From assembly GCA_045614665.1 (NCBI GenBank), contig JAZLDI010000002.1:3366-67365 (forward strand): DNA of 64,000 nucleotides, read 5' to 3'. Position numbers and translations under genes: made by a program. The DNA comes from Candidatus Enterousia sp. (GTDB taxonomy: Bacteria > Pseudomonadota > Alphaproteobacteria > Rs-D84). Of the stretch, positions 44,623 through 53,046 are shown piece by piece (positions within the stretch are counted from its first letter, which is position 1; every line of letters begins with the position of its first letter). The notes beneath the pieces are model-generated. The model was not told where the DNA came from and did no database searches. It saw nothing but the letters and a program-made list of their open reading frames with translations.

Positions 44623-45192
44623 ATGGCATCTTATATTGCAAATGATATGCGTGTGGGTTGGGTTATTTCGCACAATGGTAAACGTTATTCGGTAACATCG
44701 ATTACCAAGGTTAAACCGGGCAAGGGTGGCGCGTTCGTTCAGGCGGACCTGCGTGATATTGATTCTGGGAACAAGGGTGGAGATCGCTGGCGTGCCGAAG
44801 ATAAGGTTGAAAAATTGATGGTTGAAGATTTTGACTGTCAGTATTTGTATTCGGATGGCACGGATGCGTTCTTTATGAATTTGTCTGATTATGAACAGTT
44901 CACAATGCCGGTTGATTCATTGGGTGATATGATGAAATTCTTGGCACCGGAAATGATGGTAAAGGCAAACTTTGTAGAGGGGCAACCAGTTTCTATTTCC
45001 CTGCCAAAGACGGTTATTGCAACGGTCGAAGAAACAGAACCTGCATTAAAGGGGCAAACCGTGTCGTCCAGTGGTGGCAAACCTGCGATCTTGGATAACG
45101 GTGTCCGTGTTCAGGTGCCATTATTTATTGAACAGGGCGAACGTATTGTTGTTAATACGGAAACTCTTGAGTATGTGGAAAGAGCCAAATAA
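44623..45192 (+). CDS. efp: translation elongation factor P
   Basis: 189 aa with KPGKGGAFVQ around the modified-loop position and the typical three-domain length. Confidence 0.9.
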   Translation: MASYIANDMRVGWVISHNGKRYSVTSITKVKPGKGGAFVQADLRDIDSGNKGGDRWRAEDKVEKLMVEDFDCQYLYSDGTDAFFMNLSDYEQFTMPVDSLGDMMKFLAPEMMVKANFVEGQPVSISLPKTVIATVEETEPALKGQTVSSSGGKPAILDNGVRVQVPLFIEQGERIVVNTETLEYVERAK

Positions 45193-45205
45193 AAAAATAA
45201 ATATA

Positions 45206-45300
45206 ATAATTCATCTAAAAACAAATCCGATGGCTTACGTAACTTCTGTACGCTTCGCCATCGGATTCGTTTTTATCTAAATCATTATCTTTAATTTTTT
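45206..45300 (+). repeat. copy B of the long-hairpin 3'-end element
   Basis: AATCCGATGGC-(TTACGTAACTTCTGTACGCTTC)-GCCATCGGATT followed by CGTTTTTATCTAAATCATT. Aligns with 26126-26216 and, in its tail, with 43888-43905. Confidence 0.7.
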
Positions 45301-45308
45301 ACCCGGTG

Positions 45309-46265
45309 CTAGGAGATGATGGGTAGCTTGTTATCGCTGCCCATTATATTTTTTATCTCATCAATGCAAATGGCGGTCATTTCTTTTACGCCGGCCCCCA
45401 GATATTCGCGCGGGTTAAAATTGGCTGGATTGGTTGCCAATGAGGAACGTACCGCCGCCGTCATCGCAATGCGCAAATCGCTGTCTACGTTGATTTTACA
45501 GATATTCATTTCCGTTGCGTGGCGTAATTGTTGCGTTGCAATACCGCGTGCATTTGGCATGTCGCCACCAAATTCATTGATTGTTTGTACCAGGTGTGCT
45601 GGGATTTGTGATGCGCCGTGCAAGACCAGTGGAAAATTGGGTAGTTTTTCGGCAACACTTTGCAAAATATCAAATCTTAATTCTTCGGTGTCAGATTTTC
45701 GTTTATAAGCGCCGTGACTGGTGCCGATTGCAATGGCCAGTGAATCAATTTTCGTTGCGTTTACAAATTTTACAACGTCGTCTGGGTTGGTATAGTTTGA
45801 TGTTGTTGATTGGGTGTTTTCGTCTTCTATGCCAGATAGTGTCCCCAATTCGGCTTCGACCGAGACACCATGTGCGTGGGCGTATTCGACCACAGATTTT
45901 GTAATTTCTATGTTTTGTTCAAATGGCATTTTGCTGGCGTCAATCATAACGGATGAAAAACCCATGTCGATTGCGCGAATGCATGCGTCGATCGAGCCAC
46001 CGTGATCCAAGTGCAGGGCGATTTGTTCGTCGGGGCTGATATTTGCGCCATGAATTAATCCCATCAGCATTTCGTCACCCATGTATTTTATGGCGGATTC
46101 GGATGCCGCCAGTATAACGGGGCTGCGTGTTTGGCGAACGGCCGATAAAATTGCATTTAGCGTTTCCATGTTGTAAAAGTTAAAGGCTGGTACTGCATAT
46201 TTGCGCGCAATTGCATTGGTGAACATTTGTTTAGTGTTTGCCAAGCCAAATTCAGTGTATTTCAT
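45309..46265 (-). CDS. fba: class II fructose-bisphosphate aldolase
   Basis: 318 aa with the motifs VPAFNFYNMETL, ALHLDHG and GTSHGAYK. Confidence 0.88.
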   Translation of the reverse strand: MKYTEFGLANTKQMFTNAIARKYAVPAFNFYNMETLNAILSAVRQTRSPVILAASESAIKYMGDEMLMGLIHGANISPDEQIALHLDHGGSIDACIRAIDMGFSSVMIDASKMPFEQNIEITKSVVEYAHAHGVSVEAELGTLSGIEDENTQSTTSNYTNPDDVVKFVNATKIDSLAIAIGTSHGAYKRKSDTEELRFDILQSVAEKLPNFPLVLHGASQIPAHLVQTINEFGGDMPNARGIATQQLRHATEMNICKINVDSDLRIAMTAAVRSSLATNPANFNPREYLGAGVKEMTAICIDEIKNIMGSDNKLPIIS

Positions 46266-46394
46266 ATTTAAATCCTTTTGTGAATATTATATCACAAATG
46301 TCGCAAAAACTTGACTTTTTTGTATCTTTTGCAACAATGAAATTAAATCGGGGGCGCGGGCAGAGTGCAAACAAAATAATAAGGGGTGTTTTGG

Positions 46395-46721
46395 ATGAAA
46401 AAAATCTTGATGTCTGTTTTTGCGTTGGTTGTGTTGTCGGGGTGTGCGGGATACTATGATTATTACAAAAGTGGTGTTCGTTATACCCAGAATGGCGAAG
46501 ATTGTGTATTTTATTCTGTGGAACGCGGTCGCTATTTTAATGATGAAATTCGTTCACTGGATGCGGATAAAAAGGTTGTGTACAAGAATACAAAATGTGA
46601 AACATTGTATGGTCGTGATATGATGGGCCAGATGCCACGTCATGATCGCAAGATTGTTGTGCCGACCCCAAAGAAAAGTTGCGGTTGTAAAAAAGCTTGC
46701 AAGTATGTAAAGGTCAATTAA
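46395..46721 (+). CDS. hypothetical small lipoprotein
   Basis: ATG 46395 has AAGGGG upstream. Lipobox VLSGC and a Cys-rich basic tail. No motif recognised. Confidence 0.5.
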   Translation: MKKILMSVFALVVLSGCAGYYDYYKSGVRYTQNGEDCVFYSVERGRYFNDEIRSLDADKKVVYKNTKCETLYGRDMMGQMPRHDRKIVVPTPKKSCGCKKACKYVKVN

Positions 46722-46724
46722 AAG

Positions 46725-46748
46725 AATCCCCGTTTGGGGATTTTTTTA
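46725..46748 (+). terminator. rho-independent terminator
   Basis: AATCCCC-GTTT-GGGGATT hairpin followed by a T run. Confidence 0.65.
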
Positions 46749-46808
46749 ATATTATTTGAAATAATATGATTTTTGTGATAAAATATGAAAAAGAATAAGG
46801 AGATTTAT

Positions 46809-47180
46809 ATGAAAAAGCAAATGAAAATGATTGGTTTTGCGGCGTTGAGTGCACTGTTCGTGGTTGCAAACGCGTCTGCTGCAACGGGACAGTTGACCAA
46901 GAATGTTGATTTGTGTGCACTGATTAAAGAGTTTCAAGGGATATTTAAATTGTTGCGTACACTGGCGTTTGTTGGTGCGGGTTTCTTGATTGCAGGTTGG
47001 GCGTGGGGATATATCTCTGGCGGTAAAGAAATCAAAGCTATGGATGAAGTAAAGAACAAGGGGGTAAGTATGCTGATTGGCTTTATCTTGTTGTTCGGTA
47101 TTGGTACGTTTTTGCAGGTGTTAAGTAGTACGACTGGTGCGGATATTATGGGATGTAATGAAATATTTACAAATTGGTAA
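46809..47180 (+). CDS. VirB2/TrbC-like pilin-architecture protein (hypothetical)
   Basis: AAGGAG sits 6 nt upstream of ATG 46809. 123 aa: a signal peptide ending ASA, then two hydrophobic helices (LAFVGAGFLIAGWAWGYI and VSMLIGFILLFGIGTFLQVL). The call rests on architecture only. Confidence 0.35.
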   Translation: MKKQMKMIGFAALSALFVVANASAATGQLTKNVDLCALIKEFQGIFKLLRTLAFVGAGFLIAGWAWGYISGGKEIKAMDEVKNKGVSMLIGFILLFGIGTFLQVLSSTTGADIMGCNEIFTNW

Positions 47181-47196
47181 GGCAAAGTATTGAAAT

Positions 47197-47228
47197 AAAA
47201 ACCCCGGCATCGCCCGGGATTTTTATTT
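47197..47228. terminator. bidirectional terminator hairpin between convergent genes
   Basis: A-run, CCCGG-CATCGC-CCGGG, T-run. Confidence 0.5.
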
Positions 47229-48140
47229 TGATTGTATGTTTTGTGTAGTGTATGTTTTTATGAATTGTTGTTCTAATTTTTTATATTCAGATTCAACGGA
47301 TTTGATCGATGTTTTGTGAATATCTTTTTCCGGTGGAAACTTGTATTCCGAAATCATCTTGTTTCGTGCAATGCGTAATTCATTATGTACTATCATTGAA
47401 AATGAACGGAAATCACGTGTATGCGCGTAATCAAATTTTTTTATTGCGGTGTCGATTGCGTGGCGACGTGCGTGTAATGATATCGCGCCCATATTGTCGG
47501 CGATTGGTGAGTTATGTGTCAGTCCATATGCTTCACGAATAAAAGTGGTGTTGTATTCACCAAAAAATGTGCGGGCGGCTTCGTATTGAAATAACGCAAT
47601 GTTGGCGTCCAGTTTTTTTAATATACTGCCTAGTGTGCGTTCGGTTTCGCTTAACTTTTTACGCTGATAAATACGTGCAAATCGATACGAAGTTTCATAG
47701 ATTGTTTTAAAGTCCGTGTTTGGCATCATAAAGTATGTGCGTGTAAAAATAAGGCTGGGGGTATCACGGAAAAGACAATAACAGGCGTATCGACTTAATT
47801 TTATGTCTGCTCCATTTTTTGTGATGGTGTTGTAAGGTGGGTGTGGGCTGTTTATTGTATATTTGTGGCTATAAGTAATGGCGTGTGATTTGAAAAAATC
47901 ATATGGGGCGATTTTGTTTGCATGGGCCGGTGTGGTATCAAATTTTTGATATACGTGTTCGTGCATATTTTCAGGATCGAACATGGGATGTGAAAATAGG
48001 TTGTAAAGGTCGGTGTAATACCAATAGTCTGCGTTGTTTGTGTCGGTGTCGAACAGGGTGGCGCATTCGGCCATATTGTGGCGTGTTGCACAAAGAGTTT
48101 TAAAAATTAATTCTTTGCTGGGTTGTGCCATAGTGTCCAC
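47223..48140 (-). CDS. DinD-like protein (DNA-damage-inducible protein D family)
   Basis: 305 aa. DIKLSRYACYCLF matches the E. coli DinD block DIVLSRYACYLVV as I recall it. Further resemblance is DNMGAISLHA versus DHMGSTELAA, and a C-terminal PPEKDIHKTSIKSVE versus PEELPTPQVSIKQLE. Confidence 0.5.
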   Translation of the reverse strand: MDTMAQPSKELIFKTLCATRHNMAECATLFDTDTNNADYWYYTDLYNLFSHPMFDPENMHEHVYQKFDTTPAHANKIAPYDFFKSHAITYSHKYTINSPHPPYNTITKNGADIKLSRYACYCLFRDTPSLIFTRTYFMMPNTDFKTIYETSYRFARIYQRKKLSETERTLGSILKKLDANIALFQYEAARTFFGEYNTTFIREAYGLTHNSPIADNMGAISLHARRHAIDTAIKKFDYAHTRDFRSFSMIVHNELRIARNKMISEYKFPPEKDIHKTSIKSVESEYKKLEQQFIKTYTTQNIQSK

Positions 48141-48146
48141 CGTGGT

Positions 48147-48371
48147 TTATTTCTTTTCATCCAGGTTTGCCAATGAGAATAGTACCGATGATATTAATGA
48201 TTGGTATGGAACATGCTGGGCATCGGCCAGTTCTTTAATTTTATCCAAAATAGGGCGCGGTATGCGCATGTTGATAACACAGTCGGATTTATTAAATGCC
48301 TTGTATGCGGCATATTCCCGCAACAGGGATTCAATATTCATTATAAACAATTGCTGCATAACATTTGGCAT
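48147..48371 (-). CDS. BrnA-like ribbon-helix-helix antitoxin-family protein
   Basis: 74 aa from ATG 48371, with AGGAG 7 nt upstream. INMRIPRPILDKIKELADAQHVPYQSLISSVL matches the BrnA/CopG-type pattern (itiRl....l..lK..A...G.pYQtLI..vL). Ends 6 nt before the DinD-like start. Confidence 0.55.
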   Translation of the reverse strand: MPNVMQQLFIMNIESLLREYAAYKAFNKSDCVINMRIPRPILDKIKELADAQHVPYQSLISSVLFSLANLDEKK

Positions 48372-48416
48372 ATGCAATCTCCTATACTTATTACAATACC
48401 GCCGTACTTACAAGGA

Positions 48417-48444
48417 ACTATACCATTGTAAATACAATTGTCAA
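48417..48444 (-). promoter_or_regulatory. sigma70-type promoter with overlapping palindromic operator
   Basis: On the minus strand: TTGACA (48444-48439), 16-nt spacer, TATAGT (48422-48417). The spacer and -35 carry ATTGTA-AA-TACAAT (48425-48438) and the 8-bp palindrome ACAATTGT (48434-48441). Confidence 0.6.
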
Positions 48445-48576
48445 TACAAATATATTGGCGGATATGTAGGCGCTTGTATATAGTGTTGTGATGGCGGTTG
48501 TGTTGTGTGTATTTGCGTTTGATTTTTGTTTTTTGTGCATATAAAATTGGCGTATATATTTGGAAAGGATTTGAGC

Positions 48577-49896
48577 GTGTTAAAGAAAATTTTGACTTTA
48601 TTTTTTATTTGTGTCTTTCATATCGTGCCGGCATGGGCTGAATTAAAGGTTGATATTATTGCAGGTGGTATAAAGCCGACATCTGTCGCCGTTCAGAAAT
48701 TTGAATTGTCGGGTGATGTTAATGCCAAAGATGCGGCAATGATGCGCGATGTCGTGGAAAATGATTTAAAGCGTACGGGCTTGTTTCGCATTGTTAATCG
48801 TGATGCGTTCCCAGAATATGTAAAGATGGGAAAAATGCCAAACTTTAAATCTTGGGCGGCAATTAAAACCCAGGTCTTGGTCCAGGCCAAATTGTTCAAG
48901 GAGCCAGATGATATGTATCGTTTGGAATTCTATGTTTGGGATGTTGATGGCACCGAACAGATAGAGGCACAATCATTGGTTGCGTCGCGCAAGTCTGCAC
49001 GTCGTTTGGCGCATATTATGGCGGATGCTATTTATGAGCGTCTGACGGGTGAAATTGGATATTTCGATACTCAGATTGTGTTTATTGCAGAGACTGGGCC
49101 CGTTCATAATCGTGAAAAGCGTATGGCAATAATGGACCAGGATGGGTTCGGGTTGCGTTATTTGTCGGGCAAGGAAGACTATGTTATGTCGCCACATTTC
49201 TCGCCAAATATGCAATCTATTGTATTTTTGTCTTACTATGAAGATGACCCAATGGTTTGGATGTTGAATCTGGATACGGGTGAACAAAGACGTCTGGGGC
49301 AATTTGACGGTATGACGTATGCACCGCGCTTTTCCCCGGATGGAACGCGGGTGGCATTATCGTTGGTAAAGAATGGGATTTCCCATATATATGAATATGA
49401 TATAGAGGCAAAAAAACTGCGCCAATTGACTTTTGGAAATTCATTGAATACTAGTCCATCTTATTCACCAGATGGCAAAAAGTTGGCGTTTAATTCCGAT
49501 CGGTCGGGGCGGCAACAAATTCACGTCTTGGATTTAGAGACCGGCGAGGAAAATCGTATCACGTACGGGGCGGGGCGGTATGCAACGCCGGCGTGGTCGC
49601 CAGACGGACAATTTATCGCGTTCACCAAGATTGCAGACGATACGTTTTATGTTGGTATAATGAATCCGCGTGGTCGTAACGAGAAAATTTTAGCAGGTGG
49701 CTGGTTTATGGAGGCGCCATCCTGGGCGCCGGGATCACGGCGTTTAGTTTATTATGAAACGGAAAAGGCAATCGATGGCATAGAGCGTATCAGTCATATT
49801 CGTAGTGTGGATATTACAGGCCAGAATATATATGATATTGAATTACCCGAAGGGATTAATGGGGTTGAACCAACCTGGTCACCAAAATTACCATAA
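48577..49896 (+). CDS. tolB: Tol-Pal system beta-propeller protein TolB
   Basis: GTG 48577 is preceded by GGAAAGGA. Signal peptide ends AWA. Repeated propeller blades have the (S/A)P(x)(F/W)SPDG pattern. Confidence 0.88.
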   Translation: MLKKILTLFFICVFHIVPAWAELKVDIIAGGIKPTSVAVQKFELSGDVNAKDAAMMRDVVENDLKRTGLFRIVNRDAFPEYVKMGKMPNFKSWAAIKTQVLVQAKLFKEPDDMYRLEFYVWDVDGTEQIEAQSLVASRKSARRLAHIMADAIYERLTGEIGYFDTQIVFIAETGPVHNREKRMAIMDQDGFGLRYLSGKEDYVMSPHFSPNMQSIVFLSYYEDDPMVWMLNLDTGEQRRLGQFDGMTYAPRFSPDGTRVALSLVKNGISHIYEYDIEAKKLRQLTFGNSLNTSPSYSPDGKKLAFNSDRSGRQQIHVLDLETGEENRITYGAGRYATPAWSPDGQFIAFTKIADDTFYVGIMNPRGRNEKILAGGWFMEAPSWAPGSRRLVYYETEKAIDGIERISHIRSVDITGQNIYDIELPEGINGVEPTWSPKLP

Positions 49897-49901
49897 GCAA
49901 T

Positions 49902-50312
49902 ATGAAAAAAATATTGTTAGTGATTCTTGGGTGTTTTATAGCGGTGTCCGCGGAGGCCGTGCCGGCGCGGGTTGATTATATATTTGATGGTGATACTTTT
50001 TCTGCCCAGGTTGCTTTAAGTCCAGATGTTGCTGTGACGGTTCGTGTGCGTCTGATTAACATAGATACGCCAGAGATGAATGGCAAATGTCCGTATGAAA
50101 AGCAAATGGCAAATCGGGCGCGTAATGTTTTATCGGCGTTGTTGCCGCGTGGTACGGTGGTTGAACTGGATAATATCAAAGATGATAAATATCTAGGGCG
50201 GATAAATGCGAATGTTTTCTTGCCGGATGGTCGTGATGTGGGGTTGATTTTGATAGATTCTGGATTGGGACGACCGTATAAGGGCGGTAAACGTCAATCT
50301 TGGTGTAAATAA
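49902..50312 (+). CDS. thermonuclease-family (SNase-like) secreted nuclease
   Basis: 136 aa with a signal peptide and the motifs DGDTF and VRLINIDTPEM. Confidence 0.7.
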   Translation: MKKILLVILGCFIAVSAEAVPARVDYIFDGDTFSAQVALSPDVAVTVRVRLINIDTPEMNGKCPYEKQMANRARNVLSALLPRGTVVELDNIKDDKYLGRINANVFLPDGRDVGLILIDSGLGRPYKGGKRQSWCK

Positions 50313-50358
50313 AAATCCAATTGGACCATATTTTTTTACAATAACCCTGGCAATACAT

Positions 50359-50955
50359 TTATAAATCGTATTCAAGAGCAGAATGGATATGAGGATTAGT
50401 GTTCTTTGCTTTTGTTATAACATCTGTGCGTGCGTGATTAAAGGTTTGAATTTTGTCTGGGATTATTTGTATGTTTTTAGGATCAAAGATAACATGTTCA
50501 ACGTGTCCGTCTGTGCTGTTGAAGATTATGCCGTCGTATCCGGCGTTTTGAAAAGCTTTGCTGATTTCGATTGCTAGTATTCTGCGGTCATATTTGTTGC
50601 CCATTATTTTATCGTGGTTTGCCTCTCCTTGGGCTATATATTGTTCGATTTGTTGGGCAATTTTTTGTTGTTCTGGGGTATATTGTTTTGAATCGTCGGG
50701 GAATGATGATATATCCAGTGGGTTTTGCACGTTTACCTTTACTGCTATACGAACCAGGTTTGGGTCATTCCAATAACAGTTCTTGGATTGTGTAAAGAAT
50801 ATTCCGTCAAATTGGTTTGTGTACTCAGTGGTTGCTTTTTTTACCTCTGAAGCAGGCTTGAAACCATCGCGCAGAATTTGTTCTGCGTTTTCTTTGGTTG
50901 TATAGTGGTAAAGTGTATATTGTATTTTGCTGGCAGGAAATATTGCTTTTGCCAT
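50359..50955 (-). CDS. putative ADP-ribosyltransferase-fold protein (polyvalent-protein ART-like), hypothetical
   Basis: 198 aa. LYHYTTKENAEQILRDGF (His), DGIFFTQS, and the C-terminal GYDGIIFNSTDGHVEHVIFDPKNIQII resemble the H-Y/T-E arrangement of ART domains found in phage/plasmid polyvalent proteins. Recognised by eye only. Confidence 0.35.
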   Translation of the reverse strand: MAKAIFPASKIQYTLYHYTTKENAEQILRDGFKPASEVKKATTEYTNQFDGIFFTQSKNCYWNDPNLVRIAVKVNVQNPLDISSFPDDSKQYTPEQQKIAQQIEQYIAQGEANHDKIMGNKYDRRILAIEISKAFQNAGYDGIIFNSTDGHVEHVIFDPKNIQIIPDKIQTFNHARTDVITKAKNTNPHIHSALEYDL

Positions 50956-50967
50956 ATTTTTTCCTTT

Positions 50968-51675
50968 TTATGCGCTGTGGCGATTTATTGCCTCTGATAT
51001 TTCATCCAGTGATGCATTTGATGGCAATAATGGTTCAAAATACACGTTTGCTGTGCCTGGGTTCATTCGGCCGTGTTTTGGCCAATATAATCCCGCGTCT
51101 GTGCCAACCGGCAAGATTGGTAACTTTAACTTATATGCCAACAGTAATAATCCGCGTTTTAATGGAATCTTTTCGCCGGGTTTGGCACGTGTGCCCTCTG
51201 GGAATATGACCAGGGTATATCCATCCAGTACGCGCTTTTCAACATCTGATGCCAATTTTGCCATATTTGTTTTGCCGCGGGCGCGATTTACCCCCAACAT
51301 TCCGCAACGCCAGAATGCCCAACCATAAATGGGTATCCACAGCAATTGACGTTTCATAATAAAGAAAGAGTTTGGAAATACACGTGATATGGCCGCAATT
51401 TCCAATATAGACATATGTTTAGCGGCAACAATCGATTTTCCATCCAGGCGTTCATTGCCGTTTGGCATTTGTGGAATGTCTGCATCTTCTGACTTTGGAT
51501 AGTGTACCTGGTACTTGATACCGCATATCAACCGCGCCAGGACCAACACGCCCGCCGCATCAGTAAATACAAAAAGACGACTTAATTTTTTGGATGGCAA
51601 TGCAATTAACAGCAGTGGCATCCACAACGCAAAATAAATTGGTAATGCGATTTTAAATAATATTGTGCGTATCAT
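50968..51675 (-). CDS. plsC: 1-acyl-sn-glycerol-3-phosphate acyltransferase
   Basis: 235 aa with an N-terminal TM helix, the acyltransferase blocks AAKHMSILE (HX4D/E variant) and VIFPEGTRA. Confidence 0.75.
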   Translation of the reverse strand: MIRTILFKIALPIYFALWMPLLLIALPSKKLSRLFVFTDAAGVLVLARLICGIKYQVHYPKSEDADIPQMPNGNERLDGKSIVAAKHMSILEIAAISRVFPNSFFIMKRQLLWIPIYGWAFWRCGMLGVNRARGKTNMAKLASDVEKRVLDGYTLVIFPEGTRAKPGEKIPLKRGLLLLAYKLKLPILPVGTDAGLYWPKHGRMNPGTANVYFEPLLPSNASLDEISEAINRHSA

Positions 51676-51694
51676 TTTCTTCCTTTTTCTTTAT

Positions 51695-52207
51695 CTAACT
51701 TTCCTTTATCCCGAAAAGCGTCACGATGTATTTTATATATTCTGTGGTCCATCTTTCAAGTCTTTTTGCAGCGGGCATTCCGGTCAGCATTGCCGGGCAC
51801 GCGATAATTTTGGTGTTGGGTAATTCGTGTTTTATCAGGTATTTAGCGCGATTCATATGTTCTTCGGTGGTGATGATTACGATGCGATCCAGGCCTGCGT
51901 TTGAGACGATCTTCTTAATCGCGTGTGCGTTTTGATATGTTGATTTCGATTCGGATTCAATTTGGGCCTGTCGATCCAGATTACCAACCGCTGGTGCGCC
52001 CGCACCGATTATGTAAAGGTCTGTGTCTGGGTATTTTTGCATTTGACGAATGGCAAATGGTATGCGGCGTTCATCACCGGTCAAGACAAAAATACTGTCA
52101 TCGGGCAGTATTGTTTCGCATCCGCTTGGTGCCGATACTTTGAATATCATTCCCCCCAGGACAAATAATGCCAAAAATAAAAAAGATGGTGTTAAAAATC
52201 GCATCAT
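51695..52207 (-). CDS. DUF218 (YdcF/ElyC-like) domain protein
   Basis: 170 aa from ATG 52207, which overlaps the ftsX stop (ATGA). Motifs IFVLTGDERRIP, IESESKSTYQNA and IVIITTEEHMNRA. Confidence 0.55.
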   Translation of the reverse strand: MMRFLTPSFLFLALFVLGGMIFKVSAPSGCETILPDDSIFVLTGDERRIPFAIRQMQKYPDTDLYIIGAGAPAVGNLDRQAQIESESKSTYQNAHAIKKIVSNAGLDRIVIITTEEHMNRAKYLIKHELPNTKIIACPAMLTGMPAAKRLERWTTEYIKYIVTLFGIKES

Positions 52208-53043
52208 TCGGCTTTTAGTATATTTAATGTTGTGTGACGGGTAACAAATATCGCAAATACTACAATTAATATTGGTAATGCCACCAGTGTCCACCATCCA
52301 AAACCAGACAGCCCCAGCATAGCCATCAATCCCACGCGTGCAGAACGCGCCGCCCATAATACAAGCATCAATACGGGAACTGCGCCCGCGAATCCACATA
52401 CGGCGGCCAGGCTTGTGATTTTTGCAACAATAAATTGCATCTGGCGGGCAACAAATGCGTCAGATGCGCCAATTTGGGTCAATATTTCCAATTCGCGTCG
52501 GTGCAGCATCGCTGTATTGCGGGCAATATATGATATGGATACACCGATTGCCCCCAGCGTCAGGGCCAGTACCAATACCGATATGCCAATCATTTTCCAG
52601 CCGGCCGATGTTGAATTTTTTAATGCCGATGCGTGGGTTAAAAATCGTGCATTTTTATCAATTGTCTTTTGAACGGAAACCATATCTTCGGCCGATTTAA
52701 ATTCTATTTCCCACATTGTCGGCAGATAGTTTTTAAGTGCTGTCCCCCCATTTGATATCCAAGGGCGCATTAAATTTGTCATTTCGTCATCGCTGATACG
52801 GCGGACAGATTTAGTTTTGTCGCGATTGTCTTCGATGATTTTTGCGGTTGTGTCAATGTTTTTAGGGTTTGTTACCTGAACGGTGGCGGTGTTATCCCAT
52901 TGCGCGTTCCAACGGATAACGCCCGTTCCAATAGAAATTGCAATCCCCAGTGCCAATACCGACAAAAACGTTAATAACCCCATAATCGTTGTCATAAACA
53001 CAGATTGTTCGCGTACCAGTGAAAATACAGTTGGTTTTTTCAT
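52204..53043 (-). CDS. ftsX: cell-division ABC transporter permease FtsX-like
   Basis: 279 aa with the topology TM1, large periplasmic loop, three C-terminal TMs. Lies directly downstream of ftsE. Confidence 0.65.
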   Translation of the reverse strand: MKKPTVFSLVREQSVFMTTIMGLLTFLSVLALGIAISIGTGVIRWNAQWDNTATVQVTNPKNIDTTAKIIEDNRDKTKSVRRISDDEMTNLMRPWISNGGTALKNYLPTMWEIEFKSAEDMVSVQKTIDKNARFLTHASALKNSTSAGWKMIGISVLVLALTLGAIGVSISYIARNTAMLHRRELEILTQIGASDAFVARQMQFIVAKITSLAAVCGFAGAVPVLMLVLWAARSARVGLMAMLGLSGFGWWTLVALPILIVVFAIFVTRHTTLNILKAE

Positions 53044-53046
53044 GTC

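Noticed and set aside
45264-45268. GANTC (GATTC) inside the stem of hairpin-repeat copy B, and other isolated GANTC sites (for example 54671), as further methylation-regulated elements.
   Set aside because: These are not positioned relative to any recognisable -35/-10 pair. Isolated GANTC occurrences are expected by chance about every 256 bp.
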